Shown piece by piece: positions 59,506-64,000 of a DNA stretch of 64,000 nucleotides. The notes beneath the pieces are model-generated. The model ran no database searches. It was not told the origin of the DNA and worked only from the letters and a program-made list of their open reading frames with translations. Position numbers and translations under genes: made by a program. Source of the stretch: an uncultured Deinococcaceae bacterium (GTDB lineage: Bacteria > Deinococcota > Deinococci > Deinococcales > Deinococcaceae); assembly GCA_964252075.1 (NCBI GenBank), contig CAXULY010000003.1, forward strand, positions 113,469 to 177,468, given 5' to 3'. Position 1 is the stretch's first letter. Each line of letters opens with the position of its first letter.

Positions 59506-60327
59506 ATGAACGGTGTGACCGAGACGCCGCCGCTCCCCCAGGGACCGATCCTGCTGCTGGCCCCCCACCCCGACGACGAGGTGATCGGCGCGGGCGGCCT
59601 GCTGAGCGAGGCCCGCGCGCGGGGCACCGAGGTGTGGGTGGTCCTGGTGACGGCCGGGGACGCCTTTCCGTGGAGCCTCCCGCACCGCCTGCGCCACCCC
59701 TTCCACCGGCACCTCGCGCAATGCGCGCTGGGCGAGGACCGCCTCGCGGAAGCGCGGCGCTCCACCGCGCGCCTCGGGATTCCCGGGGACCACGTGCTGT
59801 TCCTGGGTTTCCCGGACCGCGGCCTCACGGCGCTCCTCGGGCCGAACGAGCGCGCGCCCTACACCAGCGGCGCGACGGGCGCGAGCGCCGTGCTGTACCC
59901 TGAGGCCCTGCAGCCTGGCCTGGCGTACACGGGGGAGGCGCTGCGGGCGCAGCTGCGCGCCCTGCTCGCGGACCTGAGGCCGCGCAGCGTGCTGGCGCCC
60001 GGTCCCCTCGACAGCCACGGCAACCACCGCGCGCTCGCGGCGCTCGCGCGCGAACTCGTGCGCCCGCCCGCGCGGCTGTACTACTACCCGGCGCACGGGA
60101 GCCTCACGTGGCCCTTCCCGAAAGGCGACCACGAGGACTGGCCGCTGGAACCGCCCCCCGGCTACGAACCCGGCGCCCACTGGCGGCACTACCCGCTGGA
60201 CGCCCGCGCGCGCGCCCGCAAGCGCGCGGCGCTGGAGGCGCACACCTCTCAGCTGCGCGTGATGGCCGTCACCCTGAAAGCCTACCTGCGCCGCGAGGAA
60301 CTGCTGCTGCCCGCCGGGGACGCGTGA
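59506..60327 (+). CDS. PIG-L/LmbE family deacetylase
   Basis: APHPDDE, LGFPD, DSHGNH, AHTSQ. Confidence 0.88.
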   Translation: MNGVTETPPLPQGPILLLAPHPDDEVIGAGGLLSEARARGTEVWVVLVTAGDAFPWSLPHRLRHPFHRHLAQCALGEDRLAEARRSTARLGIPGDHVLFLGFPDRGLTALLGPNERAPYTSGATGASAVLYPEALQPGLAYTGEALRAQLRALLADLRPRSVLAPGPLDSHGNHRALAALARELVRPPARLYYYPAHGSLTWPFPKGDHEDWPLEPPPGYEPGAHWRHYPLDARARARKRAALEAHTSQLRVMAVTLKAYLRREELLLPAGDA

Positions 60328-60962
60328 GCGCCGTTCAGCTGCGGCCCGCGACCTTCACGGACTGGCCTGCGCTCGGTCGCATCGCGTACCAGACCGCGTA
60401 CTTCGGGGAGGGCGCTCCGCGCTTCTTCCCGGACGCGCGGCTCTTCGAGGACCTGTGGACGTACCCGTACCGCCTCACCCCGCACGACGCCTTCGTGGCC
60501 GAGCAGGCGGGCGAGGTGACGGGCAGCATCATCGGGGCGCCCGACCAGCGCGCCTACGCGCGCGCCGTGACCGCCACCCTGCTCGCTCGGGTAATGCCGA
60601 AGCTCCTGACCGGACGCTACGTGCAGCCCTTCTCGGCCCTCCCCTACCTGTCGCGCCTGCAACGCAACCCCGCGCCGCACGCGGACTGGGCGCGCTACCC
60701 CGCGCACCTGCACGTGAACCTGCTGCCGCCGACGCGCGGCGCGGGCGTCGGCGGTCAGCTGCTCGACGCCTACCTGGGCGCGCTGGTGCGCCGGGGCGTG
60801 CCGGGCGTGCAGCTCAGCACCACCCTGGAGAACGCGGCGGCCCTGCGGCTGTACGCGCGCGCGGGCTTCACGGTGCACGACCAGCGCAGCACGGACCTGT
60901 GGACGCCGTGGCTGGGGCGCCCCACCGTGCTGGTCGTGATGGTGAAGGCCCTGCCTGGCTGA
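60324..60962 (+). CDS. GNAT family N-acetyltransferase
   Basis: YPAHLHVNLLPPTRGAGVG, NAAALRLYARAGF; GTGA overlap. Confidence 0.88.
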   Translation: MSAVQLRPATFTDWPALGRIAYQTAYFGEGAPRFFPDARLFEDLWTYPYRLTPHDAFVAEQAGEVTGSIIGAPDQRAYARAVTATLLARVMPKLLTGRYVQPFSALPYLSRLQRNPAPHADWARYPAHLHVNLLPPTRGAGVGGQLLDAYLGALVRRGVPGVQLSTTLENAAALRLYARAGFTVHDQRSTDLWTPWLGRPTVLVVMVKALPG

Positions 60963-60969
60963 GGCCCGC

Positions 60970-62247
60970 TCAGTCGTCCGACTGGTCGTCCGGCACGCTG
61001 GGCGGTTGAATGGGGTCGTAGCCCGGTGCAGGCGCCACCGGGTCTGCAGCGGGCGTGCTGGACGTGCCGACCGCTGGGGTCACGGGAGTGGGCGCGGTGG
61101 GGCCGGGGGCCGGGGCGTCCGTCACCTGATCGGCCGCCGGGCCCGCGCCGGACGTGCCCGGCGTGGCGCTGGTGCCGGGCGTGCCGTCGTCGAAGCGTCC
61201 GGAGATGCCGCCCTTGTCGTCCTCCACGACGGCCTCCCCGGTGTTCAGGAAGTACCGGATGGTCTGCGCGCGCAGCACCTCGGTCGGCGTCTGCGTCTGC
61301 GCGGGCGCGCCGTCGCTGCCGTACAGGATGGCGGTGTTCGCGGTGTCGTCGTAATCCACGCGGTCGGCGGTGCTCGTGCGGTTGCCCTGCTTCAGGCTCA
61401 CCTTGCCGACCAGCGTGGTCTTCTCGTCGTCCACGCTCACCTCGATGCGCTCGGCGCTGCCGTTCACGGGGTCACCGCCGTCCTGCGCGCGGTTGAAGGT
61501 CACGGGACCGTCCACGCGCGCGACGCCGTCCTTCTCGTCGTACACCACCTTGGCGCCCTTCAGGTGCGTCTTGCCCTGCGTGACGAGCACGGTGTCCGGC
61601 TGCACCTTGCTGGCGGTCTGTACGCCGCAGCGCGCGAGGCGCTCCTTGGCGTTCGCGTCGATCTGGTCGTCCGGCAGGTAACGGGCGTCGCCCGTCATCA
61701 TCTCGATGTGCCCGTCACCGCCCGGCTGCTTGGTGATCAGGGCGAGCGGCGCCTGAATGAGGTTCTTGTCCACCGTGACCTGCACGCCGCCCCTGCCGGT
61801 GTCGGAGGCGACGAACTCGGTGGGGGTGGAGTCGGGCTCGTCGTCCTGCGGGGCGCAGATCGCGAAGATGCCGGTGGCGTCGTCACTGCTGGTCTTCACG
61901 ACCGTGAGGCGGCGCTCCTTGCCGTCCTTGCCCTTGCGCGTCAGTTCCACGGAACCGCCGCCCGCGTCCGGGTCCACGGGCGCGGCCTGCTCGCTGGGCG
62001 CGGTGAAGGCCGACCCCACATCGGACGCGCCCGTCACGGACGTGCCTGCCGTGGAGGTCGCATCGCCGGACGTGGCCGGCGATGCGTCCGGTGAGGGCAG
62101 GCTGGAGTCGCCCGTGGTGGGCGCGCCGTCCGGGCTGGCGGGGGTCTCCACGGCGGGCGGGGTGGGCGGCGGGTCCTGGGCGACCGCCGCGCCGAGCAGC
62201 AGGGCGCCCAGCAGCAGGAGGGAGCGGCCCAGGTTCACGCCCTTCAC
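60970..62247 (-). CDS. LptA/OstA-like beta-jellyroll protein with low-complexity termini
   Basis: Signal peptide; repeated V.V.QG..L.G..V.YD and G.V.L.QG..TAD..DYD strands. Confidence 0.78.
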   Translation of the reverse strand: MKGVNLGRSLLLLGALLLGAAVAQDPPPTPPAVETPASPDGAPTTGDSSLPSPDASPATSGDATSTAGTSVTGASDVGSAFTAPSEQAAPVDPDAGGGSVELTRKGKDGKERRLTVVKTSSDDATGIFAICAPQDDEPDSTPTEFVASDTGRGGVQVTVDKNLIQAPLALITKQPGGDGHIEMMTGDARYLPDDQIDANAKERLARCGVQTASKVQPDTVLVTQGKTHLKGAKVVYDEKDGVARVDGPVTFNRAQDGGDPVNGSAERIEVSVDDEKTTLVGKVSLKQGNRTSTADRVDYDDTANTAILYGSDGAPAQTQTPTEVLRAQTIRYFLNTGEAVVEDDKGGISGRFDDGTPGTSATPGTSGAGPAADQVTDAPAPGPTAPTPVTPAVGTSSTPAADPVAPAPGYDPIQPPSVPDDQSDD

Positions 62248-62298
62248 GCTAGCGTCCCCGCATGTGCCGCGCGCCTCAAATCTGGTGCTCCCTCAGGC

Positions 62299-63201
62299 TC
62301 ACTTCTCGCCGGCCAGCTTGAACTGGTTCAGGTCCACGCTGGGCGCGGTGCTCAGCACGCGCACGCGCGCGAGGTCGGTGCGCTGCTCCAGCACCTTGCC
62401 GCGCAGGGTGGTCTTGTTCTTGGCGTCCACGCTCACGGCGTTCCCGATCACGTACGCGAGGTTCTTCTTGTCGTCGTAGTACATGCTGTCGCCCGTGGTG
62501 GTCACGTCGCCCTGCACCAGCTTGATCTTGTTCTTCACGTAGATCAGCTTGCTCTTGGTGAGGATGCGCGCCTCGTCGCCCGCCATGTTGATTTCCTTCT
62601 GCTTGCCGTTCGCGGCGCGGTTCAGGGTGACGCTGCCCGTCAGGACGCCCAGCTCGCGCTTCTCGTCGAACACCAGGCGGCTGCTGGCACCGCTCTGCGT
62701 GCCGCTCTGCAGTTTCACGCTGCCGGTGGAGTCACTCATGTTGGTGTCCACGTCGAGGCTCATCTGCTGCGCCGTGATGTTCACGGGGTCGTCGCCCTGC
62801 TTCTCCGGCGCGAAGACCGCGGAGGGGCTGCCCTTCAGGACGCCCTGGCCGCTCGCCTCGCTGTAGTCCAGGGTGGCGCCCTTCGCGGTGAGGCGACCGC
62901 GCGTGACGCCCACGCCGCCCGAGAAGTTCGCGCTGCGCTTGCCTTCAGCCGCGGCGATGGTCTGCCCCGCCGGGCCGGACAGCACCGCCTTGGGCGCGCT
63001 GATGGCGATGGTGCCGACCGTGGCGCGCACGGGCTGCCCGCCCACGCCCGCGTAGTTGTACGGGCCGTTGCGGAGGTCGCCGGACACCTGCGCTTTGGTG
63101 TCGAACTTCAGGATGCGGCTGGCGGCCTGCTGCGCGAGCACGCTGCCCGCCGTGACGGCGAGGGTCAGCAGGGCCAGACGCTTGAGGGGGGTGTGCTTCA
63201 T
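62299..63201 (-). CDS. LptA/OstA-like protein
   Basis: Signal peptide; repeated F.G.V.V..G..L.Y beta-taco pattern; GGAGG RBS. Confidence 0.8.
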   Translation of the reverse strand: MKHTPLKRLALLTLAVTAGSVLAQQAASRILKFDTKAQVSGDLRNGPYNYAGVGGQPVRATVGTIAISAPKAVLSGPAGQTIAAAEGKRSANFSGGVGVTRGRLTAKGATLDYSEASGQGVLKGSPSAVFAPEKQGDDPVNITAQQMSLDVDTNMSDSTGSVKLQSGTQSGASSRLVFDEKRELGVLTGSVTLNRAANGKQKEINMAGDEARILTKSKLIYVKNKIKLVQGDVTTTGDSMYYDDKKNLAYVIGNAVSVDAKNKTTLRGKVLEQRTDLARVRVLSTAPSVDLNQFKLAGEK

Positions 63202-63204
63202 GAC

Positions 63205-63819
63205 TTACCTCCGGGTTCGGGGAATGATCTGTCCGGACACGCACTCCACGTCCGGTGAGGGGTTCACGGTGGCGCCCGGTTCCTGCACCAAGTTCGAGCG
63301 TGACAGGTCGAAACTCACGTTCACGCTGGAGAACTGGCCGTTGTAGGCGGGCGAGTGGATGTCCGCAGCGGGGGCGCTGATGCCCTGGTTCTGGTCAATC
63401 AGCACCTGCTGCGCGGGGTTCGAGCGCAGGTCCAGGGACCAGCAGTCGCGCGGCAGGTAGATGTTCGCTTCCTTCGTGCGGATGTTGTCGTTCGCGTCGA
63501 TGGTGAGTTGCTGCGTGCGGAGGGTCAGGTCGAGGCCCAGGGGTTGCGCGGGGTGCTGCGCGTCCACGGGGGGGCGCGCCCAGCGCTCGCCGCGCTCCAG
63601 ACCCGTGATGGTCGCCTCCTCCTTCACGGGGTCGAAGGCGAGGTCCGGGGCCTGGAAGCGCCACTCGGCGTTCGGGTCCTGTGCGGGGTACAGGCGCAGG
63701 CTCACGCCGCGCAGGCGTACGCCCGTGCGGTCCTGCGGGCGGGTGGTGCCAGGCAGCAGCGCGAACACCAGTCCGAACAGCACGATGGCGACCAGCGCGG
63801 CCGCGCTCCACTTCAGCAC
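63205..63819 (-). CDS. Membrane-anchored protein, LptC-like position and topology
   Basis: Single N-terminal TM then beta-rich domain (W.F.A..L.FDP); first gene before two LptA-like genes. Confidence 0.6.
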   Translation of the reverse strand: MLKWSAAALVAIVLFGLVFALLPGTTRPQDRTGVRLRGVSLRLYPAQDPNAEWRFQAPDLAFDPVKEEATITGLERGERWARPPVDAQHPAQPLGLDLTLRTQQLTIDANDNIRTKEANIYLPRDCWSLDLRSNPAQQVLIDQNQGISAPAADIHSPAYNGQFSSVNVSFDLSRSNLVQEPGATVNPSPDVECVSGQIIPRTRR

Positions 63820-63928
63820 GCGCGCGTCCGTTGATTGACGGGGGTGGGCCGTGCGCCCTCACCCGAGCAGCGGGGTTTCGCGACCAGACTGTCCTTCAGC
63901 ACGCGCACCATGATAGCGGGGGCGTTTC

Positions 63929-64000
63929 ATGAGAGTGCTGACGATCCGCTGGCGCGGCGCGCCCGGAACTCACGTCGCCGTCAGCTTGAGCCTGGCGCGG
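63929..64000 (+). CDS. Start of an unidentified CDS (truncated by window edge)
   Basis: MRVLTIRWRGAPGTHVAVSLSLAR, open to the end. Confidence 0.45.
   Translation, partial: MRVLTIRWRGAPGTHVAVSLSLAR

Overview
High-GC chromosomal segment, very probably from a Deinococcus species (Deinococcus-type PriA lacking Walker A, many leaderless genes with a TANNNT box just upstream of the start codon, Deinococcus/Thermus-type pilin, clpP-clpX-lon). Left part: a ~14 kb minus-strand acyl-CoA catabolic operon (FadB-like, thiolase, two acyl-CoA dehydrogenases, SDRs, MaoC, PaaI, APH kinase, histidine phosphatase, esterases) with a FadR-like operator. It is interleaved with several small unrelated genes, including a 418-bp AT-rich insert flanked by a duplicated thiolase 5' end and two paralogous 107-aa ORFs. 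Middle: GH13 glucosidase, FMN oxidase, two-component system with a GN-repeat protein, moeA, priA, peptidases, fluC, a MarR-MFS-(SPW-like)x2-USP operon, a candidate structured sRNA, and a LacI/ABC/GH1 sugar operon. Right: decayed glycosyltransferase remnants, an AT-rich O-antigen-ligase-like gene behind a type IV pilin, SRP RNA (ffs), clpP-clpX-lon, a PIG-L/GNAT pair and three Lpt-like genes. No CRISPR, tRNA, rRNA or transposase was seen. All calls are by eye from motifs; no searches were run.
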